Shown: positions 33,901 to 45,323 of the stretch, piece by piece
Numbering within the stretch: the stretch's first letter is position 1
How the letters are laid out: the number at the start of each line of letters is the position of its first letter
From: Phyllobates terribilis
Taxonomy: Eukaryota
Reading direction: 5' to 3'
DNA length: 64,000 nt
Assembly (NCBI RefSeq): GCF_046119375.1
Contig: NW_027362765.1
Location: forward strand, 161,882,001-161,946,000
Position numbers and translations under genes: made by a program
The notes under the pieces: generated by a model
What the model saw: only the letters and a program-made list of their open reading frames with translations
What the model was told of the DNA's origin: nothing
Database searches by the model: none

Positions 33901-36900
33901 CGTAAGCCAAAAGTCCACACCAGTCTCACTAAGACGGTAGCCACATAGGACCCAGGGGACGGAACACACGTCGCCCGCCAAGGCCAGAGGGTACCGGATA
34001 GAAGTGTCACTGGGTGAGAGGTGCAGGGAGAAGGCCAGAGAAAGGACACACAGAAGGGGGTCCTGTTAAATGCTCCGGAGTTACCTGAGGGTCGGCTGAA
34101 CCCCTCACTGAGTGAGCACAGAACGACGAGGGCCGTTACATGGGTCCCTGTAACAAGAACTGCAACAACTGTGAGTAAAGATCTTGGGACTGCATCACAC
34201 AGACTCTGTGTTCATTACTGACTCCCTGCACTACAACCACCATCATCCACCCACACTGCCCTGAAGCTAACTCTTCCTGTGGGGAGTTATACCACCCTTG
34301 CTGCCAAACCACCAGCTTCAGAGGACTGTTCCGCAGCGGTGGCCTCATTAGCCGCACTCCACAGGTGACGTAGTCGGACATTATAAAACCCTTATAGATA
34401 ACCCCTTGGATTGACCGCCCTGGGTCACGGACTGGGTCACCGCCACTGTGACTACAACCCTCAGCGTCTACCGCCCAGGCTCCAGGTACCCCACGGCCCA
34501 GGGGGCGTGTCAGGAGCCCCAATGAGGACAGCGATGATAATGTCTGTAAAGCGACATAGAATATGATGGCGCTCAGTTCCTGAGCAAATTCCATACATGG
34601 GCAGCCGAAATGTGACGTACTATTAGATGACACATTGCAATGGCTGATCACTGTATGTGGAGAGGAGCAAACTTAAAGGGAAGCTGACATGCTGTAGATG
34701 CAGTCTGATCTGTGGACAGTACAGTATAGAGAAGGAGAAGCTGAGCAGAATGATATATAGGTTTGTAGTATTCAGATTCAGTATAACTTGTATTTTATTC
34801 ATTCAAATAGTTGTTTGCATGGATGCGAGTCTAGTATACGGTCATACTAGTGATTGAAAGCTATCTCAATGCACAGTCTTACAGGCACAACTGTCAATCA
34901 CTGATTAGGACCGCCCACTGGACTCATCCATACAAACACCAAGGATTTCAATAAATAAAAAGCAAGTTCTCCTGAAACTTTTCCCTCAAAAGTGTATATC
35001 AATATGATCAGCTCCTCCTGTTCTATAACATCCTGCCTGCAGATCAAATGCCATTTTCAACAGGAAATTTTCCCTTTCATTAAAGCTGTAGCCAACCTCA
35101 AACCACTAGAAAGTGTGCAGGTAAATATATTGAAAAATGCGAGGGACTATGTAACATTATGGTACTTCGGTAGATAATCATGCGGGCACTATGGAAACGT
35201 TATAATTCCATCTCATATAGACTACAGCCCTCCCGTAGTAGATCCCCTTGTAGAGATCTGCATTTGCCCATCATTCACTAACTCATACCGCATCTCCACC
35301 ACCACCACTCATTTAGGATTTCTACATTTTTGTGGCTTGAGGCTACATGAAGCAGGAGGTCAGGGAAGAGGTTATCGGACTGTGAACACCTCTGGCTGAA
35401 CTTCTCTAATGCAAATAAGCTCATTACATGGAGGCCGTACAGTTCTGGACATGCCAAGATGGTGTGACTATGTAGAATAGGCTCAGGTTCTTACACGTTC
35501 ACCACGCCTCACTCTGGTATTCCTTCTAAGACGTTCTCCACCATGTAATTCGGTACCAGCCAGGGTAACATTAATACAAAGCAAATATGGAAGACCAAGT
35601 AAGTGGTTAAAGAAGGCTGGCTGTATGTGTATAGGAAGAAAACTGTCAGTCTAGGGGAGTGAGGCGGGAAGAAGCCACTGGGGACCGGTCTCTTGGACTA
35701 GTCAGGCCTCTCCCTGAAGTCTGTGACCGCTTAGTTTCAGAGTAAAACAATAACGGATCCAGAATCTGATTCGACCATTATGAATCTCAAGATGTGTCCC
35801 CTTTAATAACAGTTTTCTATTTGACTTGGTGGGTCAAGGGCATAGCTTAAAATGACCAAAAATGAGTATTCTGATGTTGGGATGTATATGTATCTCTGAG
35901 GCTTCCTGCCACATACACGTCGATCATTCCTGGAGTTTTATACGCAGGGTTGAAATGAAAGCTAACGTTTAACAGTGGCCGATCACCTATAACCACTAAT
36001 TATCATACATAAGCACCAGGAAAATCTAATCTACTGTGTTATACCCAGTGAAGAGCCCGAGGGGGCGGAGCGTGACAAAGACTTAGTGAATTTAAAGAGA
36101 CTGTGTTTGTCATGCTCCGCCCCTATAGGCCCTGCACTGGGTATAACACAGTATCAGTTTTGTATGATGCTTAACTGTAGTGTTAACCCCTCACATGCAT
36201 TATATTGTTATGAGTTCTCTCATTGTAACAGCTGGACAATCAAAGGTTAGGAAAAAGGAAAACTGTTCTAGAGGACATTTTATCCCATGAATCAGAACCT
36301 CGTTCAGAACCATTGGCCCGCTATACGGTTCTGTTGTACTAATATGTACAAATGCTGCTAAATATTCTCTGCATCAGATTCTAGCTCTCCATCAAGTTCC
36401 TAAATCTCTTTCCAAGATAGATGGCTACAACCAAGATGGCCACTGCTGAAGTCCACACAGACAGGGGCAAAAATTAAAATTGGGCTCCCTTCTGGTGCTG
36501 GTTATACTATGGCAGCCCTGAACTAACGGTCTCGGTGCATTGTAAGGTCTGTGGAGAGGAGAAGTATGCACAGGTTCTCCCCTCCCATTAGGAATACAGA
36601 CCACTCTCTTTTTCGGAAGTCAGCCAGCTTTTCTAGAGTTCTGTATAGTTAATCTACCTAATTTAGCGGCAATGAGGGGGATATTATTCTGCTCCTAGTG
36701 ATGAATATCTCCTGTATGCAGGATACCTCCGTAATACAATTTTGATGAAAGATGCAATTGTATGTAACTGGAGGCATAACAAGGAGCACGCACATGTAGA
36801 TGCTGTATTAGATACAACTTTCTGTAATACCCTTGTGTGATTGACACCGTAGAAGTGCTTGGGACTGTATGGTTAACCCACTTTCCTAGAAAAAAAAACA

Positions 36901-38564
36901 GAGCTAAGAGTTTTTAGCAACTCAAGACTTTATTCGCAATTTGCTTATTTTTGGTGGGAATGCTCATTAGTATTATACAGTATATAGAGGTTACATGGAG
37001 ATCCCTCCTGCAACGGGACATCTTCAGGCGGCCAGAGCTGCAGGCAATGTTTGGCTCGGCCACGTCTACAAATAGAAGCCCGAATCCCACCCATCACACA
37101 TGCACGCCTCCCTTCCATCCATTTACACAGCTGCAACTCCTGCTAGGCCCCAGCACCTCTTACCACTACATTGTGCAGTAGAGGTGGGCTACAACATGTG
37201 GGACAAAGACAATATAGAACTTATTATAACACCAGCACTTCGACCTCCAAATCTATCACTTCACTGGAGTCTTCCACCAGACTTTTACGGTGAATCTAAG
37301 TTTCTCTATTAGGGTTTGTTCACACTGAGTTTTTGGAGCAGAAACTTTCCAGGACCACAAATTTTGTTTCTAAAGCGTTTCTGCTCCGAAAACTCTGGAA
37401 AAAAAACCTCAGTGTGAATATAGCTTAAGAATTAACTACCCAAAGCTTCAATTAAGGAGGTTGATAATTTAAAGGTGGACTTCAGAAATTTTCCTCCTCC
37501 AACTAAGAGAACTAATATCCTAATGTCCATCCCCCAATTACAAGATTTTTCAAATGCAAACCTATTAACTGAAATTTGTCATTGTCCTACGTTTTTCACT
37601 GTCCTATGAGTCAGGGGTTAACAGAGAAAATGTCCATCACTGAACTCTAGATACTCACATCTATGGTTGCCTCACTACAGATGGTGATGGCTTCTTGATA
37701 AAATATTCCATTCATTTCTATTTGCTGGGGGTCCCACAGCTATGACCCCTACAGATCTGTAGCATGGTAGTGCAGCTAGGAGTGTGGAGGGCCACTTAGG
37801 CCCGTGTTGGTTAGGCTCAGCTTGATGAGCCCAATTCAGACTACCCACCCATAAGGCCTACAAAAAAAAGGCAAGCATAACCATCAGGAGCTGAAGTGGG
37901 ATTGCACTTTCTTGGCACAGCCTCTATCATGTTCTAGCAATTGGTAGGGGTCATTATAGTGGTCAAACTCCCATCCACCCAACAATGAATAGAACATATA
38001 TCCCATCAATCTCAGTAGAATGACCCTACTCTATTACTATATGGAGTAATTACATTTTCATAGAGAGATCTATACACAAAGTGGTGACTTCCATCACATA
38101 TCCCAAAAACAAAGGGCCTACAATTGTTTCTCCACATAATACATACATTTGGTTAGGTCCATCCTGTCTTATATAAAACGATAAGGGTAAGTTTAGCTGT
38201 AAAAATTAAAATTTTGCTCATCCTGATAATATTAGGCCTCACTGGTCTTCACCTACCCTTGTGATCTCACGAGAAAATATCTCAAGAAAATTCTGAAGCC
38301 ACCACAAAGGGGCAACTAACCCAGGGATCTCCCGCCACTGACCATTAGCATCGATAAGAGGGTTGAGTACCTGGCATCAAACTTCTGTCCATCTTTAAGA
38401 GTCCCGTTGTAATGATATCTTACAAAGTCTCCCATCTGAACTTCCCTTGGACATATCTTGGGGATGTCGTAGCGGTCAATGACGACATCTTCTAAGGGTC
38501 CAGATTCAGAAGAGACACACAAGATTAGGAACTGAAGCCACACTATAAGGCTATTAAAAATCAT
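24733..38564 (-). CDS. FKBP10: Peptidyl-prolyl cis-trans isomerase FKBP10 (FKBP65), spliced gene, 564 aa
   Basis: Exons (-) 38564-38371, 32249-32104, 31658-31469, 31343-31198, 29075-28886, 28762-28617, 28448-28259, 27366-27224, 26059-25896, 24918-24733; 1695 nt. Signal peptide, four FKBP domains ([12 protein letters not shown]; IPPxLGYG), two EF-hands, ER-retrieval HEEL*. Lies between NT5C3B and P3H4 as in mammals, which favours FKBP10 over paralogue FKBP9. Confidence 0.95.
25896..26059 (-). CDS. FKBP10: FKBP10 coding exon 9 (EF-hand 1)
   Basis: actgtag| and |gtaagt; 164 nt; [12 protein letters not shown]. Confidence 0.95.
27224..27366 (-). CDS. FKBP10: FKBP10 coding exon 8
   Basis: ctttcag| and |gtgagt; 143 nt. 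Confidence 0.95.
27835..28133 (+). mobile_element. CR1 LINE 3' end relic
   Basis: GAACTTGATGGAC...TTT motif followed by (TATGTAAC)x3 tail. Confidence 0.75.
28259..28448 (-). CDS. FKBP10: FKBP10 coding exon 7
   Basis: caactag| and |gtgagt; 190 nt. Confidence 0.95.
28617..28762 (-). CDS. FKBP10: FKBP10 coding exon 6
   Basis: tctgcag| and |gtaggt; 146 nt. Confidence 0.95.
28886..29075 (-). CDS. FKBP10: FKBP10 coding exon 5
   Basis: gctatag| and |gtaggt; 190 nt. Confidence 0.95.
29412..30594. mobile_element. T2/Kolobok-type MITE with a nested second T2-type MITE (29899-30329)
   Basis: Outer AGGGAGTC...CCAAAATGCAAA / TTTGCATTTTGG...GACTCCCT; inner CCCATCAAA...TTTATCCT / AGGATAAAA...TTGATGGG with TTAA flanks. 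Confidence 0.7.
31198..31343 (-). CDS. FKBP10: FKBP10 coding exon 4
   Basis: cctacag| and |gtaaat; 146 nt; [24 protein letters not shown]...AYAEKGY (not shown in the ORF track). Confidence 0.95.
31469..31658 (-). CDS. FKBP10: FKBP10 coding exon 3
   Basis: ttctcag| and |gtaata; 190 nt; [12 protein letters not shown]...YFDS. Confidence 0.95.
32104..32249 (-). CDS. FKBP10: FKBP10 coding exon 2
   Basis: cttgcag| and |gtaagt; 146 nt; HDRG...[26 protein letters not shown]. Confidence 0.95.
33133..34573 (+). mobile_element. tRNA-derived V-SINE split by a solo LTR (parts 33133-33314 and 34513-34573)
   Basis: A box TGGCTCAGTGG 33138-33148, B box GGTTCAAATCC 33182-33192, V-domain GCGTGGGTTTCCTCC...GGTTTCCTCCCAC, L2-like tail GTAAAGCG...GGCGCT. 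Confidence 0.85.
33315..34512 (+). mobile_element. Gypsy-type solo LTR in FKBP10 intron
   Basis: TGTGGCGCCCC...GGGGCGTGTCA; 4-bp TSD GGAG; TATAAAA 33582-33588. Confidence 0.92.
38371..38564 (-). CDS. FKBP10: FKBP10 first coding exon (MIFNSLIVW...[11 protein letters not shown]...KFDA)
   Basis: True ATG at 38564 (the ORF-track start at 38600 is GTG); donor AG|gtactc. Confidence 0.9.
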
Positions 38565-41500
38565 ATTTGCAGGAGATCCAGTGGCCCTGCAGACTGTCAC
38601 CGCTGCTTCTGCTTCCTCTCTACTGTTCCTTCATTGACTGCCAAGTCTCTGGTTATAAAGGAATTTCTGTTAACGTGGAAAGCGGGGCTTCAGGCTGGAG
38701 ATATCTGAGCCGGGGGAGGAGACTGAACTTCCCCCAAAGAGGAGAGGAAGCAGATTCTTTTTCTCTCTTCTGTTCTAAAATCTTACATTGCAAAAAGACA
38801 AAATAAAATTAATTGTTAGTTTATGGAAAAAGATCAGCTACACTTAAGAAACTAAAATAACAGAATGAATATTAAGGGGATAGGAAAAAGTAGGAATTTG
38901 GCCAAACCTAGGATTGAGGGAGTGCAAAACCTCAGGGTCCTAGTGCTGCACCAATTCGCAGAGAGGTCGTCTGCTGTTTTTCAGCTACAACTCTCAGCGT
39001 GTTCTGAAAGAGTTGTATTCTCACACTAGGTTGTAGTTATACACAGAGATACTTAAAGTGCCCTACTAATTACAATTTTTCAACCAATCTGACATTGGGA
39101 ACGAAGAGGTGGAATTGAATGCTGTGACAGGCAGGGCCCTTTATGGCTGCAACATGTGAATGCAGCCATAAAGGGTCCTGCTAATTAGGATCTTCTTCAC
39201 AATTTGATATTAGATGGAGATTTTCCAAAATAAATCGTGACTGCAGCAAAAAAAAACAAAAAAAAAAACACACAAATGGCGACAACAGGTGAATGCAGCC
39301 TAACGTAGTGACCTCCAACCTGGGGCTCTCCAGCTGATTTGGGGAATTGTAGTTTTACTAGAGCTGAAGAATGAATGACTGGAGATCCAACCACATAGAC
39401 CTGATGGTGAGGGCGGTGGTAATGACACTGTAGTGTTCTTTGGATCCATGTGTGTTTTGCTTAGACTGCTCCTTTAAGCCCAGTCTTAAAGAGTCCACAC
39501 ATCATATCGGGACCTATTTGTGACACTGTGGGCCACCAAAACCAATACATTAGCTAAAATAATTTATCCTCTTATATGAAATCTTTTAAGATTTTTTTTC
39601 TGCCATTTCTAGATAATCACTGACCTTATCACAGACTCCGACTAGGGCAAAGACTTGTATGGATGATTTTGATCTTTGACTCAAATAAAAAATGGACACG
39701 TTGCCATTATTTTTTTGGCAAACAGGCGGTCTGTAAAAAACATGGACGTGTGAACAGCTCAGTAGACCGTGAAAAACACAGACAGAACTGGTCTATGAAA
39801 AACAGAAGTCTGAAAAAAAACAAAACTGTGTTTCTGCCATGTGTCGTCCATTTTGTATCTGTTTTTTTTTCCCCATCCCTTTTTTCACTCAAGCAGGCAG
39901 AATAAACTTTTTTTTATTAATTGATCCATAACAATGGTTCAGTTAAAAAGCAGATGAAGCACAGATGGCACTCAGAAGGATGTCTTCCATTTTCACTCAT
40001 TTTGAACAAATCCCCATAGACTGTAATGACCGAGTCAATGGATAAAAACAGGAGATGCTCCAAGTCTCTGAAATCGAACGCACAGATCCATTTTGTGTTT
40101 ATGGATTCATGAATCTCTATACATCCGTGTGTGATCTATGGGTTCAGAGAGCACAAGGATGTGTGACTGTAGGCTCATATATAACTCAGGACTGGTATAT
40201 AGAATTGTACTTCCAGTCCTTCTTTTCTCATAGTTAGTGTCAGTCTTCACTGCTGTTCTAGATCTCTACTCATGAACTGGAACAGGATGAACATTATTAC
40301 AGGCACGGCCTCGACAGGAGCTGGTTGCAATGCAAATGTACAACATATACTAAAATTAACACATTTTACTATCTCATCATTGCCTTCTGTTTTTGTCTAG
40401 TATTGTATGTTTTGCACTCTATTCATTATTCTATTTGCGCCTTTTCTGAAGTCTATTTTATATGTGCTCGGCTGTTTTGTTTTTCGCCCTGTCTAGTTAT
40501 TCCAGATGTTTAATCGCCTGATTGTTCAATTTTGACTTTATTGAAAGTAGCAAAATTTGGCGCATCTCCACTCCAGTCTCCCCCTGGTATATTTTTTTAA
40601 GCATGCCAAAACTAGGTCTAATTTTTGGGACTTTTGGTGCCAAAAACAGTTCAAGACAAGAAAAATAAAACGTGGTGACTTTGCGCTAAATTTTTGAATA
40701 GTGTGCGCCATTTTGATGAATTTGGTGCCAAAAACAACAACTAATACCACAAGACAAAAAACAAAAGTGACTTAAAAAAACTCAAATGGTGATTCGGGGC
40801 CATAATGCACACTGTCCAGGACACATAAGATTCACATGGGGCTGTTCAAATATTTGACGAGATCTTCAGAGTATTTGCCACCATGACGTTATTTTCACCC
40901 CGGGGGACATGGAAATGGCTTGTGTAATGACTGAATTGTGAAGGAAAGCAGCTGGCACTGGAAGGGGGTTACGCCTCATCACACGTCTTTACGTATTCTT
41001 TTTGCATATAAGAAAAAAAGAAAAAAAAAGGTCCTTGTTCAACAATGTGCTGGATCCAATTTTCATCCATCTGTGTTCATTTTTATCATCCATTTTTCTC
41101 ATGTGCAAAAAAAAGAAAAAAAACTCCAAACTACCATTAGGTGTCTCATAGATTATAAAAGGTACATGTTCTCTGCGTGAAGAACAGAAGTCTGAATGAG
41201 GCCTTAAACTAAACGAATGGATGACCACCTGCACCAATATTCTCACTCCTCAATATTAAAATTGCAACACCAAGAAGAAGTCAAGGAATTATGGAAATCA
41301 CAGGATGGATAGACATGTTAATGATATGCAAATGATTAAAAAATGGAATCAACATTCTGACAAAAATCTTGAATTCTTTATAATTGCATGAGTGCCACAT
41401 GCCTTGAACAAAATGGATAATTCACGCTGCTGGAATAAAGGATCCTTCTCCAATGGATAATCTAAGGTTTTTATTAACTATGCGTCTCATCTCCGGACCG

Positions 41501-42916
41501 GTGCCTTTTTCAGGGCAAGAAACCAAATATGCCTTGGCATATCATTATTATGAATATCAACCATGTGATTTCCATAAGTCCATGAATTTTCCTTCTTTGT
41601 GCTGCAATTTCAATGTTGAGGAATGTAGTATTCAATAGTGGGCGGTGTTTATGGTGGGCATCTATGGTAGTGGTGCTGCTCTAGCAGGTGACGTCACTAA
41701 TATTATTTAAATGGGGGAATTATAATAGCCAGGTATAGGGTTCAGATGGACCAAACACCTCAGGTTCTCAACCATTTAAAGCAGTGTGTCTTATCATTCT
41801 TAAGCCAAATATCTGTTACTTAAAGGGGTTGTCCCTATGTGACTGCAGACTTCTGAATCCGTACAGCATGCGCACCACTCACTGTCAGGATTCTGCAGTG
41901 TTGCCGGTGAGAGTGGGTGGTCATGCAACCGGAAGTATGCGATTTACACACTTCCGAGTACCTGCAGACTAGATGTGCTCGGCCTCATTCAATTCACTAG
42001 TATTGAGGGAGGCCACGCACGTCAAGACAGCATGTGACCGCATGTATGCAAATCGCTTCAAAAACACATGGGAAACTCTTGCTATTCATTTCAATGGGAA
42101 ATCCACTTTGCTGTTCATCTGGAGTTTAAGCATTTTCTTTTTTTTCTGAAAAGGTTTTGAAAACACCTTGTGGAAAATAAAAAGCTGCATGTCACTTTTT
42201 TGAAGCGGCTCCTGATGCAATCCACTCCAAAGAAGCCACTGTCCAATCGAACAGCTAAAAAAAAAACTTTTCCGGAAATGAAAAATTTCTTCAAAAACTC
42301 CCCAAAAAAGAGCGTTTCCAGAACCAGTTTCCACTTGAAAGACTAGTCTTTGACCCCCCTCAAAAATTCCATTAGAAAATAACCTTAGAAGACAAGAAAT
42401 GACAGACTTGTCCATCACAGCTGATAAAATCACCACTTCCGTGTTTCCACTAGAAAAATCAATGCCGTCATCTTATTGACTGGTATGGGGGAACCTCCAG
42501 TTTGCTGTCAAAAGCTCTGATAAAAGCCAAGTAACCAGTGGCAGCCATATTCATTTTCACCTCGTCTAGAAACAGGTAGAATTGAGGACTTAAATTTTAC
42601 AACAAAGTCTCAAGGACTGGCACGTTCATTTTTGGAGAGAAATTTTCCTCACTGACCTAGTTGCAAAAAAAGGTGTGGGTGGTCCTCGCATTTCACCCTT
42701 TGCAGTGGAAACGGTACACAATAATATCCTCAGGTTGAAATTACATGCTTCAGATCTCAAATACACAGTATTGGTCAGTCTACGGTTAGGATATATTGCA
42801 GCATATGCATGAGAGTAGCTGCCCATGGGTGGACTTCAAATTAAATAATAAACCACAACACGTATTTATAAAACCATGAACACTAACCTCATAGTATTAG
42901 TATAGTATTCTCCTTA

Positions 42917-44129
42917 GGCCACGACCTCACTATCAGTATTCGGTCAGTATTTTTTCTCAGGAGTGGGAGCAAAAACCAGGAGTGGGTGATAAATGCAGAA
43001 TTGGTGACTTGTTTCTGTGTCACCCCAGGTCTGGATGCCGCAAATATTAAAGGCTGTGTCTGAGAGCAGGAGGGAGGTTCCCTGGTTAGGGACAATTAGC
43101 ATACAGCACCTCCTGTCCCATGCCAGTAGGGGGAGCTGGCTGCCCCTATAAAAGCTGGAACTGGGGGCAGGGTTAGGGAGAACTGGACAACTTAGCTCAA
43201 GACTGAGACTAGTTCCAGAGAAGGAGGGACAGTTCAGCTGTAGCTGAGGAGTCCGTAAGGCAGAGGAGGAACTGCAAGCCAGGGACAGAGGCGATGAGAG
43301 CCGGTCCTGGCAGAGAACCAATCTACCGGACATTGGGGTCCGAGGCTGTCAGGGTTATAAGCCCAGCAGCAGAGAACCAATCCACAAGGGATTTCAGGTC
43401 CTTTGGCCTAAGAAGCCCGGAGGCTCCGCCACAACAGAAGGGACCAGCAAGGCCAAGAGAGGCCAAAGGTAAAAGGAACCCAAGTCGCAAGCCATACGGG
43501 CGAGAAGTACAAAGCCAGCTCAGGGACGTGGGCTATTACACCACGAAGAGGGGGATAGTCAGAAAGAGCATAGAGAGAACGGTAGGCCTACACACTCACC
43601 CTGACCAGTGGAGCTTGCCCGAATGCTCTCAGACACCCAGGCCCACTCCTAACCGGTACCACTGTTGGGTCATTAATAATTCCTACAATAAAGACCCTGG
43701 ACTGTTTGAAGCGGACTCTGAACTCTTACTATTGCGGCCTGCACTATCACCCCCAGCATCCACCTACACTGCCCTGAGGCTACACTCTTCCCGTGGGGAG
43801 TTATCCTATCCCTGTGCTGCACATCAACACCAGCCTCAGCGGTCTGCCTCACAGCGGCGGTTATCCCTGACCGCAATCCACGGGTGGCGTAGTCGGACAT
43901 TCACAAATCTATAAATAGACTGCCACAACTTTGGTCTGACCACCCTGAGCCACAGGATCGGGTTGCCACTACTACCCCCAGCATCGTACAGAAGCCCCGT
44001 TCCGGGTACCCCACGGCCCAGGGGGCGAGTCATTTCTATTATACCTTTTCTCTGATTGTTCCTCACCTGGTTTTGGCTCCCACTCCTGAGAAAAAATACT
44101 GACCGAATAAGGATAGTGGGGCTGTGGCC
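42917..44129. mobile_element. Harbinger-like palindromic MITE (copy 2), split by a solo LTR
   Basis: Left arm 42917-43015 and right arm 44033-44129 match copy 1. Confidence 0.85.
43016..44032 (+). mobile_element. Gypsy-type solo LTR in the FKBP10-P3H4 spacer
   Basis: TGTGTCACCCC...GGGGCGAGTCA; 4-bp TSD TTTC; TATAAAA 43147-43153; AATAAA 43687-43692; 3' end GGTACCCCACGGCCCAGGGGGCG shared with the 33315 LTR. Confidence 0.92.
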
Positions 44130-44259
44130 TAATAGTTCCAGTTGGATGTTCAATATTCATGGAAATTTCTTTGGTTTTCTGAACACCAGGATACACACAA
44201 GGGGCGCTCCTCGTTCCGTTATGAGGAGCGCCACCCCCTGGCCGGTGGCCGGGAGCGCT

Positions 44260-44945
44260 CACTTAAAGAAAATTGCTCTTGTGTTCTACACTAGGTTTCC
44301 GAGTGCTGAGTTACATAACATCACGGAGGTTATACCACAAAAATCCCGTTACCCTCTTAATTATAAAACTCTCTTAACACATTATTAGCCAGTAGCATAC
44401 AACATAATACACACTACACTTTTTCCTTACATAAAAAAGACGGTTTCCTTTAAAATTTTTAAATTGCTCCAATTTTTTTCGTAATTCTGCACTCTTGTCG
44501 CCAACAAACTCCCAATGTTACCGGATTTTCTGAAAATGAATTCTGCGTCCGTACATAACAATTCTCCTATTATTTGATCAATCTGTACAATATCAAAATG
44601 TTCTTTACGAGGTTTTGAAATAATCCTGCCTGGGCAATGTATTGGGCAATAATTGGTACGTATAACTGTGTGCCTATTTCATTGTTATTGGCATAATTTT
44701 GAACAGTATTAACTCTCAGTCAATGGTCCATTGGAGTTTTTCATTTTAATTTTCATTTCTTGTCGTGTGTCTATATTGTACCCTTTATTTCTAAATATTG
44801 TAAGCACTGCTTCAGGTTCATAATCAGTAGTCCTAATGCAATTTATACATACATAATTTTCTGAATTGGCTTTTGAGGATATTCAGTAGCCAATTTGGAA
44901 TATGACAACTGGATATGGGTATAAGACTTTTCCTATCATTGGGTT
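44260..44945 (-). pseudogene. Highly decayed Penelope-like retroelement ORF fragment
   Basis: Manual minus-strand translation across frameshifts: KPNDRKSLIPISSCHIPNWLLNILKSQF / NCIRTTDY...FRNKGY / FRKSGNIGSLL / CVLC, resembling the PLE RT thumb and linker. Confidence 0.55.
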
Positions 44946-45323
44946 TGTTGTTTAAATCTAGAAGATGTGTCTCTTTTTAATGAATATCAGTGTAAGAGGC
45001 AAAAAAATGTTTTTATTAATGTCTTTAAAAGAAAAGAAAAAAAAATTGTAACAGTGACAGTACATCTTCAGGCCAAATAAAAAGGTCATCAATAAACCAG
45101 TACTCGAGAACCAGGTTCAAATGAAGGGCAACTGTGGAAAAGATGAACTGTTCCTCTCATCTTCTCAAATAAAAAAAAAATGCGTAACTTGGTGCACACC
45201 TAGTTCCCATAGTGGTACCCCACCACTGGATATAACAGTCAGCCTCATATTTTAAATAATTTGGGGTTAAACTTAATATAATATAATGCATTTGATTCCC
45301 GGGTAATTGTCCCATCTTATTAA

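Noticed and set aside
38565-38600. N-terminal extension [12 protein letters not shown] of FKBP10
   Set aside because: Begins at GTG; the ATG at 38564 gives a normal signal peptide.
41688-41697. Perfect CRE palindrome GTGACGTCAC in the FKBP10-P3H4 spacer
   Set aside because: TGACGTCA also occurs at 7737 and 17221 in repeat-derived sequence; a single site is expected by chance without conservation data.
43294-43914. 206-aa ORF as a possible gag or accessory protein
   Set aside because: Lies wholly inside a TSD-bounded solo LTR; no recognisable motifs.
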